DNA from: Sphaerodactylus townsendi
Taxonomy: Eukaryota
Assembly (NCBI RefSeq): GCF_021028975.2
Contig: NC_059439.1
Location: forward strand, 22,568,001-22,632,000
DNA length: 64,000 nucleotides
Direction of reading: 5' to 3'
This document shows, in pieces, positions 48,900 to 61,677 of this stretch (the first letter of the stretch is position 1; every line of letters begins with the position of its first letter). The translations under genes were made by a program, and so were the position numbers. The notes beneath the pieces are model-generated. The model was not told where the DNA came from. It did no database searches and saw nothing but the letters and a program-made list of their open reading frames with translations.

Positions 48900-50520
48900 T
48901 TCTTGGACAATGATCAGGTTAAGGTACAGATAAGGTACAGATCAAGATCGCCATCTTTCCAACCAACATTTTTCTTGTCTATTCAGACTTTCATTTCAGT
49001 TACTTTGCTCATTTCCAATTTATCACTGAGAGTAGTGATTTCGGACCTCTGCCACTTTACCAAGAAACTTGGATAAGGATATATAGCGCTGGATATCTCC
49101 TATGTATTGATGACAACCAACTCCAAAGCTATGAATGATTTGTCCTAAGGGCTTTACACAGAGATTGAAAGGCATAGGGATAGAATTGTGTGTTGTGGAA
49201 TACCAAAAGTTAGGTCCCACACTGATGATAATTAGTTTCCAGTAGCAACCATTTGAGTCCAGTCTGTGAGGAATGATTTGAACCAGTTCAGCACACATCC
49301 CCTGATACTTACTTCCGACTCCATGTGGCTATACACTGTATCAAAGGTTGCAGTTAAATTCAATAAGAACAACAAAGAGGCATGGTCTTCATCAACACAG
49401 AGGTGGAAGTAATCCACTAAACTTAGCAGGATTATCTCTGTCCCAAAGTGTTGGTATTTTTGCAAGAGTCTGTCACACTCCAATCATGAAATGGTTAACT
49501 GTGTATATATTAACTAGTTACTGAGATCACAGTTTTATGGCCAGTCTATTGATTAAGCTATTGGTTGGACAGTCTGACATTGTTTACATGCCAGTGGTCA
49601 CATAATCAGAAGTTATAAAGTTAAGTATGCAACCATGATGCAGATGCCATGTGTATGGCTATGATGTAACCAAACGAGGTAGCAGCATGAAAGTTAGTTT
49701 AGAGCTATAGAAAAGTATGGCATTTCTTGTTTTCTCCATGTAACCTTCCTTAATAGTTAGTAAACTCATTTATATAAAAGCAACTGTGAATCTGTCTCTT
49801 TTGCGCTACTCTGCTAATACTCTGCTAGTATATGCTAAAATTAATCCTACACATAGCCTGACATGAAGCAAGACTGAACATGGTTTAGAGCAGATGACTT
49901 ATCTAAGAAGACCAGAGTTTATCTGCTAACTGCTCTGCCAATCATTTTGACCAGAAAGGCCAGATAAGAGACTGGATGATAGCCCACATCATTCGCTGCA
50001 TAAAATAATGCGTTCAAAACCACTTTCACAACTGTTTGCAAGTGGATGTTGCCATTCATAGCTTCAAAGGCACTGAAAGCAGTTTGAAAGTGCATTATTC
50101 TGCGATAATGTGAATGAGCACTCAATTGATACTCACAGGGCCCCATCATTTTTCTGCATGGATGGTTTTTACAGTTGTGGATGAATGATTCCTTCTTTAA
50201 GTGACCAGGGAAAAATGTCTAGAGTTAGTGGCTGATTTATAATTGATACTAACGGTTTGTTGATGTGGCCCTTACATTTAAGATACCAGGGTGGGCAAAA
50301 ATCCAGAGTATGAGTAGTAATCTGCACCAATCCCAGGATTTTGTTAACATCCACCATGGAAACTGGGTCAAAATGATCCAAAAATGGACTAGGTGGTGCA
50401 TTAAGTCTTTCTCCTGTTGTACCTGTGTTACAACTGATACCCAGACAAAGGTGAATGAAACTATGGAGAAAAGCTGCTTATTGTGAGCTGAAAATAGTCA
50501 AATTTGCAATCAAAGGATTT
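48900..50520 (-). mobile_element. Degenerate L2 reverse-transcriptase region, interrupted (includes a diverged MITE at ~49985-50121)
   Basis: LLNLTATFDTV, WFKSFLTD, CHQYIGDIQRYIS (YADD region), LDFCPPW...IINQPL. Confidence 0.75.
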
Positions 50521-51069
50521 CAATGATAGGAACAGGACCACAGTTCCAAAGTTCAATTGAAGCAAAATATTGTAACTTCAGTCTTACTGTGTTCTTCTTG
50601 TATGAAAACTCTGCTCCATGTCTAAGGGAAAGAACAAAACTGCACAATTTAATATCTCAGTGTAGGAATAAATGATGGCAGCATGTGAATGGAACAGTGT
50701 TTGAGCACCCAGCCCCAATAACTCTATGTGAATGAGGGTCTATTATTAAAGAGGATGGGTTACCATTTCTGCAGATGTCTCTGCAAGTGAGATGACTTGA
50801 GGTGTGAAATGGTCATGGCTCTCCATATATCTTTTAAAAAGGGACAAGTAAGGTAGCTTGTGACATCCTGCCCTACATGTACCATGAACGTAAGAGAGAG
50901 AGGTGTAGAGGGTGGTAGGCATCCTCTGTATGTCCAGACAGGGCATCATGCCATGCTTCCGATCAAAGCGTTCACCCTGACACCAGGATTTATCTCAGTT
51001 ACTCAGTGCAAAAATTAAATCTGATGTGTGACCTCTTTCATGTCTTGGGCCCATCATGATCTGTTTGAG

Positions 51070-51149
51070 ACCTTGAGGACTCAAACCTTGAGGACATTCA
51101 GGTCTCAAACCTTGAGGACATTCAGGTCTCAAACCTTGAGGACATTCAG
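51070..51149. repeat. 24-bp tandem repeat
   Basis: ccttgaggacattcaggtctcaaa, about three copies. Confidence 0.85.
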
Positions 51150-51282
51150 TTCTGGGTCAGTCCTGGCGAGGTATCCTCTGGATGGATATGCAAGTCTCTC
51201 AGAATGATCACTCAGGAGCCTCCAATGCCGCATCTCACAATACCCTTTGTCAACTCATGAAGAGTGCCCACTGGGGAATTAG

Positions 51283-51829
51283 GGCCCTTTCTGCACTGTG
51301 GAAAGGGCGCCCCTGCACTGGCAGGAATTCTGCCGGTGGAGGGGTGGGGACTGTTCGCACAGAAGCGTGCGAGCGGCCCCCGCAGAGGCCGGCGCGGGAG
51401 AGGCGGCTCCGCATGGAGCCGCCTCTTCCCCGTCCCCCCCACACACCTTGTCGCCTTTGTCACCCTGCTGGACTCCTAAGACCCGCCCACGCTGCCCTCT
51501 GACCTCCAGGGGTCGGAGGACAGCGAGGGAGGGTCTCAGCAGTCCAGTAGAGCGATGAAGGTGACGAGGTGAGTGTGAGAGGGATGGAGAAAACAGCGTG
51601 TTCCCGGCAGTGCCGTTCGCACTGCGCCGGCGGGAACGCACTGTTTTCCAAAAACCTCCCTCCAGGAGGCATGTTTTTTTGGAGGTGGCCTGACGCCGCC
51701 CTGGGGGTGGTGGAGGGGAGCCAGGTCGGCACTGCTTCGTTTTAGCAGCGCCGCCTGTGCAAACGGCTCCCTGGGGATGGCGTTTTTGCCGTCCCCAGGG
51801 CGCCGTATATGGCCCATGCAGAAAAAGCC
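51283..51829. mobile_element. GC/CpG-rich Harbinger-like non-autonomous element
   Basis: TIRs GGCCCTTTCTGCA / TGCAGAAAAAGCC, TSD TAG/TAG. Confidence 0.75.
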
Positions 51830-52104
51830 TAGGTGACTGTGGCTATAAAGAAAGCAAACAATTATTTGAGTGTTTGTATAAGACGATGAAATGTTGTTCT
51901 GATAGTAGTTGTGAACCATGGACATGTGCTTGAGAAGGACCAAAAAAATAAGAGGGGTGGAAGATTTTCATTTTGTGGTGTGTTTCATATGAATACCTTC
52001 TGTCAATCAGGTTCATATGTTTCATGACTGCATTTTATGCCTAATAAAGGTTTTGGATTTGATTTGGACAGCAAGTGCTAATTGGTTATTCTGATTGATA
52101 TTCA

Positions 52105-52195
52105 TATTTATTTATTTTTATTTTATTTATAGTTAAACTTATAGACCGCCCTCCCCCGAAGGGCTCAGGGCGGTTTACAATGACAACAAAACAAA
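52105..52195 (-). mobile_element. Short L2 3' end
   Basis: A-rich tail plus ccgccctcccccgaagggctcagggcggt stem-loop. Confidence 0.65.
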
Positions 52196-53727
52196 TTTAT
52201 TTACTTTCAGTTATACTGGCACTTTGGAATATGGATAATATGCCAAGTGATCTCACACTAAATTAAACATTCCCAGAGGAATTTCCACAGGCCCTTTCAA
52301 TAATAATCCCAAAAGGAAAACTCTTGATGTGTAATCCATATATATACATACACACATATATGAGTGTCCTATAAATTAGGTCCCATGAGTTAGCGTGTGA
52401 TCTCTATGGACATTTCCTACATTTTAAAAAAGTGGTATTGTAAGCACAGATTTTATACTTAGGAGGGAGAAGAACATCAACACTGCTTCATGCAGTAGAA
52501 TTTCATTCTCATCTCACAGAATTTTTTTTCCAGAAACGTAAAAAATTGATGTCAATTAATATTAATGGATCTCAAACTTGAACATGTATTGCCTGTCTTT
52601 AGAATGGGAATTGTCTTCCTTTATACTTCTCTTAATTTAATTCTTAATTCTTAATCATTTTTCAAATCAGCTTCTACTGCATTTTGCTTACTGCAAATGT
52701 GTACTCCTCCTTCTCTAAAATTAAATGTTATTTCAGGTTCCTACACAGTTAGTATAAGTAGCATAGATAATTTAAGCAAGCCACTATGGAAGATGGAGAG
52801 AGAAGATTATTGTAGTCCGTTTTTCAAGAACCGAAGTATACCTTTTTTATACTTTATTTCAAGGCCAATGGAAAATGATAACTGACCAATCTTGCAATAA
52901 CCCGTCTCCAATCAAACAAATGTGTTTGTACAAAAGACGATAGAAGTATTAGCTTAAGCTTGAAAGCACATGAAATCATCAAGTGTTCCAGTCAAGCTTG
53001 AAGATCTTTCTCTTTTCATGAATCTCAGACTCATGATGCTGAGCATCATAGCCACCAGTGGCAGGAAGACCTTCATGAAGAGCACTAGTAATCCTGTTTA
53101 AAGATGAAAAAAACTAGGTTTTCATTTGTGAAAAGACTTTAACAGAGCAAACCAAATCGGATCTCCTCAGAAGTAAGTATGTTATTTAATGGGACTTATT
53201 CCTAAGAAGATGTCTTTAGGATATTTGAGTTTAGGAATGCAACTTTTCTATTTCAGACCCTCAAATGGCTTAGGCCCATCCTATGTTCATTAGGGGTGAG
53301 CACTTTAAACCTCTCTAAATTTCAGGTTTGAGTTTTAAAAACGTGGACATTTTCTGTAAAGTCAAATAAAGGCAAAAAGTAGAAGAGAATGTATTTGTAG
53401 TCTCTCTTTTTTTTCATTGTACTCCTCCATATGTACTTACAGGTGCATGGGAGCTATTTTTAAGAGTTAGCCTCACACAATTGAAAGACCTTTGAGCATA
53501 GTGTCACCATGTGCATAGAGCAAACTGTCTGAATTTAAAACAAAAAAAAATTGGTACTGCAGAAACAGTAGGGGAAAATGACCGCAGCAGAATTATTGTC
53601 AAATTCTCATGCACGTAGATAAAAATGATCACCTTATAAATTATCACATGGACAGCCCAATCCAGATTGGAGGGGATATAACAGCCACAGAGGCAGTGCA
53701 GACACACATCAATAAACTTGCTGTCTC

Positions 53728-54053
53728 AGCAGCAGTGGTGTAGAGGTGTAGTGGTTAAGAGCAGGCGTACTCTAATCTAAAGGAACTGGGTTTGATTCCC
53801 TGTTCTGCCACTTGAGCTGTGGAGTCTTATCTGGGGGATTCAGATTAGCCTGTGCACTCCCACACACGCCAGCTGGGTGACCTCGGAGTTCTTCTGAAGT
53901 CTCTCAGCCCCACCTACCTCACAGGGTGTTTGTTGTGAGGAGGGAAGGGAAAGAAGTTTGTAAGCCCCTTTGAGTCTTCTTACAGAAGAGAAAGGGGGGA
54001 TATAAATCCAACTCTTCTTCGTCTTCTTCCTCTTCTTCGTCTTTGTCTTCTTC
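53728..54053 (+). mobile_element. Squam3-like SINE, near full length, (CTT)n tail
   Basis: gtagtggttaagagc (A box), gggtttgattccc (B box); ends ggatataaatccaactcttcttc. Confidence 0.88.
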
Positions 54054-55286
54054 TGGCATAAGTGGCAGTTACGCCCACCAAGAAGGCAAATAGGGAGATT
54101 GGCAGGAGGTGCAGAACTTCACAGTGCCTGACTTTAATTGGCTTCCACTGCCTGCCCATCCCAAATGCCAGCCTTGGAGGTATGCCACATTTTTCATGCT
54201 TTCCCCATGGGGGATTTTTGAAGGATTTTTTTCTTACATTTCGGCTTCTTGCACTATGGAAAAGTCCTGAGTTGGGGGCAGTGCAGTGCCCAAGCAGTGC
54301 TGGCTTTGCTCTGTTAAATCCACCTTGTGCTCTGTTAAAATCACAAACATCATTAGACCGAGTAGCCCTCCCATAGAGACTGCAATCTCCATTCTACAGG
54401 TTCTTTGTATTACTCTTAAGGTGTGAAAGTATTTCAGCAAGTTGCTTTAAAAGATGGACAAAATATCAAATTCAGTAACATAAATTAATAGAAGTAACCT
54501 ACCGGTATTTGAAATGGTGTAGTGTGGTATGGAGTTAGGATTTCAATATTAATGTTTGATTTACTAATATTAACTAATTATTAATATAATGTTCCAAAGT
54601 TAGTGGGAAAAGATGCTGGACATGGATAACGCATCAACACTATCTCACAGCGTCTGCATCCTGCAGACTGTAAACTTTCACCAGGGTATTCCAACTCTTT
54701 GAAGTTTGAAGATATACATACATTTGAAGATTGCATTACTACAGCATCTATGTTAAGCTGTTTACAAGCTCCAAAAACTTCTGAAGTGTGAGAGATGATT
54801 AAAGCTGAACAGCAATAATTTTCTTCCAACTGCAGTTCAGCTGTAGTTCAGATTTTACTCATAAATTTGTCCTGCCAGGATTCCATCAAAATTGTATGAA
54901 ATGAGATCCCAGCACAGCACCCCAGTGATTCTGGCCATGAAAGCCTTCGACAATACATTGTCATTCATATTGATTGAATTGACCCTCAATCTTTCAGTAC
55001 ATCATGTTTCAAATTTTATATTTCATTGATTTACAAAAGTGGCTTTTTGATTACATGTATTGAATTCACACTCTCACCATTTCTTGGTAGATTTGGTTTT
55101 ATTGCATTAAAATGTTGTGGTGAAATTTATAATCTCTTTTTGAATGCTGTACTATAGACTATTAGTTTCCAGAATTAGCATTCAGCCTTCTTGTTGGAAC
55201 AGCTGTATAGGGCTTGCTTAAATTATTAATCAATAACCTACCCAATTCCCCATTTTCTCTACATTTTAATTTCATAAAATACAGGA

Positions 55287-56225
55287 ATGCTATCAGAAAA
55301 CCAGTCTTCTATACATGAATTCATTCTTATGGGTTTCTCTAACCCTCCAGAAGTCCAGGTTTTTCTCCTCACTCTCTTCCTGCTGACCTACATCGTGACC
55401 ATTTATGGAAACATGATGATCATCACTATTGTTCAACTCCACCAGCAGCTTCACACCCCCATGTACTTATTCCTCAGCCACTTGGCCTTGATTGAGATTG
55501 GACATATGACCAACACCATTCCCAAAATGCTGGCGGACTTCTTAAAAGAGAAAAAGATCATCAGCATTGTGGGTTGCTTCACGCAGCTTTACTTCAACCT
55601 CTTCCTGGGACTGACCGAAAACTTCTTGCTGGTACTCATGGCTTATGACCGCTACTTAGCCATCTGTAAACCTCTGAATTACACCACTCTAATGAATGCT
55701 AGAGTTTGCAGATATTTTACCACTGGGTGCTGGGTTGGTGGGTTGCTTGCACCCTTATTTCCAGTAATTATGCTCTGTAGGCTGCCATTCTGTGGACCTA
55801 ATAGAATCAACCATTTCTTCTGTGATCTAGCTCCAGTGCTGATTCTTCCATGTAGGAACAAGTCGTTCATTGAACTGATTTTCTTTATGTGCATCTCTTC
55901 AATGGGGTTGGGTTGCTTCTCTTTGATAGTGCTATCTTATGTTAACATTATTGTTACCATATTGAGGATGCCATCTGCTAAAGGAAGGCAAAAAGCATTT
56001 TCCACCTGCAGTGCCCATCTTATTGTTGTGTCCATATATTATGGCTCAGTCTTGTATATGTATGTTAGGCCTTCAGAGAAGGACATCCGTGACACCGATA
56101 AGATTGTGTCTGTCTTCTATTGTGTGGTGACACCATTTATGAACCCTTTCATCTACACCCTGAGGAACAAACAAGTTCATGAAGCATTCAAAATAATGAT
56201 TACTAAGAAAAGAGCCATTTTGTAA
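55287..56225 (+). CDS. Olfactory receptor, family 6/11-like, intact (312 aa)
   Basis: NQS glycosylation site, LHTPMYLFLSHL, MAYDRYLAICKPLNY, HFFCDLAP, KAFSTCSAHL, PFMNPFIYTLRN; acceptor-like aaaatacag 2 nt before the ATG. Confidence 0.95.
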   Translation: MLSENQSSIHEFILMGFSNPPEVQVFLLTLFLLTYIVTIYGNMMIITIVQLHQQLHTPMYLFLSHLALIEIGHMTNTIPKMLADFLKEKKIISIVGCFTQLYFNLFLGLTENFLLVLMAYDRYLAICKPLNYTTLMNARVCRYFTTGCWVGGLLAPLFPVIMLCRLPFCGPNRINHFFCDLAPVLILPCRNKSFIELIFFMCISSMGLGCFSLIVLSYVNIIVTILRMPSAKGRQKAFSTCSAHLIVVSIYYGSVLYMYVRPSEKDIRDTDKIVSVFYCVVTPFMNPFIYTLRNKQVHEAFKIMITKKRAIL

Positions 56226-57557
56226 TTAATACTTTTTTAAAAAATTTACTTTTTCTTAACTCTCTGCTTCTAAGGATCTCATGGTGAGATTGCATACTAT
56301 TTCACAGCTATAACAATCTCACAAGGCTGTTGTGAATGAGACAATGTAACTGGCACAATCTTACTTACAGTCCCATCCAAAGTGATGGGGAGCAAAACAC
56401 CCTCTGGCTGCAGCGCAGGCTCACGCTGGTGGACTTGCCCTCTCCAGGGCTCTTACCTTGGTGGAGGGATGAAAACATCAGTGAGCAGATGCTGCAGCCC
56501 TCTGGGACAACTGGACATGATGGTACTGATTACTGTGTTAGCATTCCCACACCACTGCTGGCCCCATTGGCACAGTGAGGGCATACTGGGCCATAGTCAG
56601 TTCCCACCTGGGCTTTTGCACTGGTGCCCCGGACTTACACCACCCAAAATGATGGCATGAGTCCATTTTGCCCCAGGTGGCTGGGGAGGTTTCTTTTTCT
56701 GTCTTCCTGCACCACCTGAAAGCCCTCTGGAGGTGGAAGGGTGGTACGTCAGTGAAGCCAACTCCTTATGCCTTGGGCTTTGTATGGGGCTACCTGTGAG
56801 ATTCCTGGCAGAGTATGGGTTTCAACCTGGTCATAGTCTGGCATATTAACTACTCCACCACACAGGTTCTCAAACTCTTGGCACAGTCCAATAAACCAGA
56901 AAGCTTATTGTGTGAATGCCTTCATTAAAATTATATATTAATTGATCATAGATTTAAATCTGCTTTTAGACAATCCTGTCAGCTGAAAGCAGTAGTGTAG
57001 CTGAGTTGAGAACTAGAAATCCTGAAACTCCAAATAGTTTGGCTCATATCCTGTTCACAAGTATCAATAATCAGTTTGACTGTTGGGCCTGTTGCTTTAC
57101 TGTTTTCCTTCCTAACTACACAGTACATCATAGTTGGCTTTTGGCAGTTTTGCATTATCACTCAGCCTGTTTGAGTTCTATTACCCATCTTTGCTGCATA
57201 ACTTTTCAACTCCGCCAGCAATTGTTTTAACAGACAATTAAATTAGTCTCAAACTGTATGTATTAGTTATAAATAAATGGTAAAGGTTAATTACATTCTA
57301 TCCTTTTGTGTCCATTTCAATAGCCTTGAGCGACACTAATGGCTGCCAGTTGCTTAGAATCGGCAGCCTGTTTATACATTCTTGGTTTTGCAAAAACCTG
57401 ATCCAAACCTTTTCAACAGACATTAGTGGCTGTTCAGCACTAACCACACAGGGTGATTGGTTCATGTCCTTCCAATACCTCTCGAGGTGCAAAGTTCAAT
57501 AGTCAAACATATTTATGGCAAAACTTGCAGCATCCCTCTTAGAAGGATCCAAGACAA

Positions 57558-57725
57558 GGGTAAAAAGATAAAGGTAAAGATATCCTCTGTTCAAGCATGG
57601 AAGTATTACTGATCCACAGGGTTGTTTGTCATTGTCATACACTTCAACCCCAGCAAGCTGGGTACTCATTTTACCAATCTTGGAAAGAGAGAAGGTTGAG
57701 TCAGCTTTAAACTGGCGACATGAAA
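57558..57725 (-). mobile_element. Sauria SINE fragment
   Basis: aaaggtaaag tail and ccccagcaagctgggtactcattttacc core. Confidence 0.65.
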
Positions 57726-57986
57726 CTGACTACAGACTGTTCTGGGGGGAAAAATGGTCAGCCTACAATTCCTCTCTCATGGAACATTAGGTGTCCCCTT
57801 CATCTTATTACAGAGCTAAAACGCTGAGTTGGGAAATTCATGGAGATCTTGGGATGGATCTTGGGCAAGGTGGGATTTGGGAAGGAGCAGGACCTCAGTG
57901 GGGTATAATACCATAGAGCAGAATCTCCATTTTCTGCATGAGAACTGTAGTCTGGGGATCAGGTATACTTCCAGGAGATGGTGAGT

Positions 57987-58544
57987 CAACAACAACGCAC
58001 GAGCCTTTATTGGCATATAAAACAGGACAAAATTTTAAAACAAAACAAGGTTAAGAAATACAGTTAAAATTGCTAAAATTACTAATTTCCAGTATAAAAT
58101 TTGCAACAGTTTCACAAAAGAGCACATCAGAGTTGTTCAGGAGATTGGGTATCTTATAACACTCATGCCACTGAGAACATTGCAAGAAAATGGAATTCAT
58201 GTATTTCATGCGTATCTTATTGTATTTAGAGCATAAAAACAAAGAATGGTCAAGTGTTTCAACCGTAGTCCTATCACATGAACAAACTCTTTTAGAACGT
58301 TCTATATTCTTAAATCTTCCTTTCAGCAGAGCTGATGGCAGCACATTACATCTTGCAGTAGCCAAGGCTCTCCTCTGGGTGGGATTAATCAGCAGACGAA
58401 GATATGCTGCCATAATTCCTCGCTCGCATGGGATTAATAATGTAGTCGGAGAACAGGTTGTCTTGGCAGCACGAGTCAAATTATGAAAATCAAGATCCAA
58501 GAGCCTATTCTTAACTAGTCTGAAGGCATGGGTAAGATGTAATT
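57987..58544 (-). mobile_element. RTE-X-like LINE A, 3' part (C-terminal knuckle and tail)
   Basis: RRALATARCNVLPSALLKGRF...RVCSC...ETLDHSLFLC; atgccaataaaggc and (gtt)n tail. Confidence 0.8.
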
Positions 58545-61500
58545 ACAATACAAATACAAATACAAAACCTTTAATGGCATATAAAGAGTGGTAAAATACA
58601 GATTATGTTAAAACCAATTGACTAAAATTTACACAAAGGTTTCACTCTTGATCCAAGTGCCTTTGTTAAAAACCTGGCAACTGATTCAGTAGTGTGGGGA
58701 TGATGGTCACTAAGCAGGTGTGAAACTATTTCCTTGTCTGATCTCACTGAAAATTTCTTCAAGATGGCCTCGAGAAAAAGCAACCGATAGACTGCCAAAT
58801 CTTTGCAATGAAGGAGCACGTGTTCAGTTGTTTCGGGTAGGCCCGCTGCACAGGAACAAGTCCTGTTCTCCTGTGGGATGCAATGATACTTTCTGCCTCC
58901 CTTTGTTTGGGCAGTCGGTAACACATTTTAGCCGAGCAAAGCATAAAATATCTGGCTTGAGGAGATGTGGATTGATTAAATTACTCCGGTATATTTAGCC
59001 ATAAAACCCGGCAATGGTGGGTGAAAATGCCATAAAATGTGGGAGAACAAGTTCTGCAGGCTCCAGCTGTGAGAAGCTGCCTCTTCAATGTCAGAAGCAC
59101 GTTGTTTCAAAACTCCGAGAAAGCCTGTCTTTCGTCCATCAGTAGGAGTTGGTCAAAAGATACACCTATGTTGTTTATTTGCTTGATAATTTTGGTGTGC
59201 CAGTTGGAGTGGAAGTGGTTACGGCTAACAGAAAATATGTTGACGACTGCCGGGGAGGGCTCTCTATAATGAAGGCTTTGAAGCCAGTATTTAAACAAAG
59301 AGAGCCAAACCTGGGAAAAAAATTGTCTTGGCTCCGGTTTCTACAAAACAAAAGAACTTGATACGTGACTGAGTTTGGAAGACCCAATAATGAACCTAAT
59401 TTAAGAAACAAAGATTGAACACTCTCCTAATTTCTCAGCGGTTTTGCTCCCCAGATTGGAGCTCCATTAAAGTAATTCGTGGCAGTAGTTTTTTAACTGA
59501 AAAACTTCCATTCGCGGCAGGAAAAAATTGACCGCCTCTGGTGTGAAAAAATCTGGATATTGCCAACACTTTGATTTTACTCTTGGTATTGAGAGTCTGG
59601 TGGATATAAGGAGAGGTCCAGAGTTAAGGAATCGATGGAAAAGTGATTCCTAAATATATCTGTATGAATATGGACCTGTTCAATCAATGTACCGTTTATT
59701 TTCCACGTGCTGAGTTCTTTTTTGAATCTCGAAAAGATCCAGCACTTTGGATTTGTTATAATTAATCGACAGGTGGGCACTGTTTGTGCAGTACTTGTCT
59801 GAAAAGGCTTGGAAGTAGTCTTTGCAGGCCCACCTATGGACCGAGACAGTAACACAGTGTCGTCTGCGATAGAGAAGTGCACATGTGGGTCTTTGTCCCA
59901 AATATGGGTGCGTGACTTTCAGTCTGAGATAAATGAGGAGCAAGGTCGTTTAAATGGGGGCAAAGATTTGAAATCAGGAGAGGAGCAAAGAATACAACCC
60001 TGCTTGACTCCCTTGTTAGAAACTATAGGTGAAGTTAAAGTGACCCTTACGATCACAACGAACCTTGGATACAGGTAGTTGAGGAATACAACTGGCCGAA
60101 TAAGAAAACAGTAATCTCTGGTCTATTCCCTTCAACACAGTCAATTTTTTCCCTAGCAGCTGATTCCTGGGGATAGAGTCGAATGCGCATTTCAAATCCT
60201 AGGAAAGCCAAGAAGGAGTTTCCCACCCTTGGGAATTGGCAATATTTCTCCGCCTAAAATGGTTTTAAAACCAGACACCATGGTCAAAGGGTGGATTTTA
60301 CCTGTGGCATATCCTATCTGTTCCGGGCCTAGCGCACTGGAAGAGGACCAGGCAGTGAGACGTATCATAAGGTACCTTAGCGTAAAGCTTCACTAGCCAC
60401 TGAAAGCAAGCTTTATGGGAGGCTGATAGTTAGATGGATTTGATGGATCATGCCTTTTTTATGTAGAGAGGTACAATGATAGCTTCAGTCCAATGCTTAG
60501 GGATACAGCCACTGTTGTTAATTTTTTAGTGAAACAGGGTGGAAGCTAAAATAGGGGCCCAGAACTCCGGGAATCTTCTAAAGAGAGTTCAGGGTGGCAG
60601 GCCATCAGGGCCTGGCAGCTTTCCCTTGTTCTTAGGTCAGATATATGTAAGTGATCACCCTCATCGCAGCTGACAGGAGGCCATTCAGGTAAAATGCTTT
60701 GCTGCTCCAGTTGCACATGGAGTATCCAAAAGTTGTGGATTGCAGAAAATGGCTGTAAAATGTGTCCTCCATGCTTCCACTGGAAATCTGAGAACTGATG
60801 GCTGTATGGGGCTGCCCGGCACTTTGAATTAATTATGCGCCAAAAGCTTTTGCTGTCTCTGGAGTTAAAGGCTTGATGGAGATTGTTCCAAATCTTTGTA
60901 AGATGTAATTTCTTTTTTGGTCTTTAAAAGATCATGATAGGACTTTCTAGCTGCTTAGGTACTCTTTTGATAAGCGACATCTTTTCCTCTAAGTTCACAA
61001 TGATGAAATAACTTCCTCGGAGTTGGGACTTTGCTGCTCATTACATTCTCCGTCAATAAACCAGGGTTGGAGGGATTCTCACTGGAATGCTGAAAATTTA
61101 TGATGTGATTGATTACTGGAACCCTGAATGGTTAGATAGGAAACCAGTTCATTATAGATTTCCAGACAAAACCTCCTCTGCTGTCCTTGCAGCAGTTAAC
61201 TGTTGAAGAAAGTTAGCCATCCGATCATCAGAAATAGAATGAGCGACGTTTAGTTCAGTTTCTTGCGTCCAGCGAAGCCAGACATGACAGGAAGACCCTT
61301 CTTCCTGAGCTGATTTGCTTTGAAGGGATTTGTTTATTAGTCTAAGAAGAAGGGGAGAGTGCTCACTTTCCGTTCGAGCCATAATTGCAAAGTGATCAAT
61401 GTGGTTTGTTAGTTCAGGCGATATTATTACATAATCAATCACACTCACCACACGTGCAGATCTAAACGTGAACTTTCCAGGGTAATCAAAGGGAGGAAGA

Positions 61501-61677
61501 CCATTTAAAATTACCCTATTTGCTGATAGGCAAAGGTCTATCAAATGGGGAGCTGCTTGATTTATGGTGTGATCGCTGGACAACCTGCATTGAGATATGG
61601 TGTCAGATTGAATTTCATCCAAATTTAAGCCACATCTTTGACTTAGGGCTGAATCATTTTCTCCGATCCTGGTGTTT
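58545..61677 (-). mobile_element. RTE-X-like LINE B, 5'-truncated, nested in LINE A
   Basis: Endonuclease end (TRIG...SVIDY...SEHSPL), RT (GVKQGCIL, ADDTVLLS), CCHC knuckle, (tttgta)n tail. 13-bp TSD gtaagatgtaatt at 58532-58544 and 61678-61690. Confidence 0.85.

Noticed and set aside
59400-61100. Dense frameshifts in LINE B as a biological signal
   Set aside because: Indel-rich patch flanked by clean frames; could be low-quality consensus and cannot be interpreted without reads.
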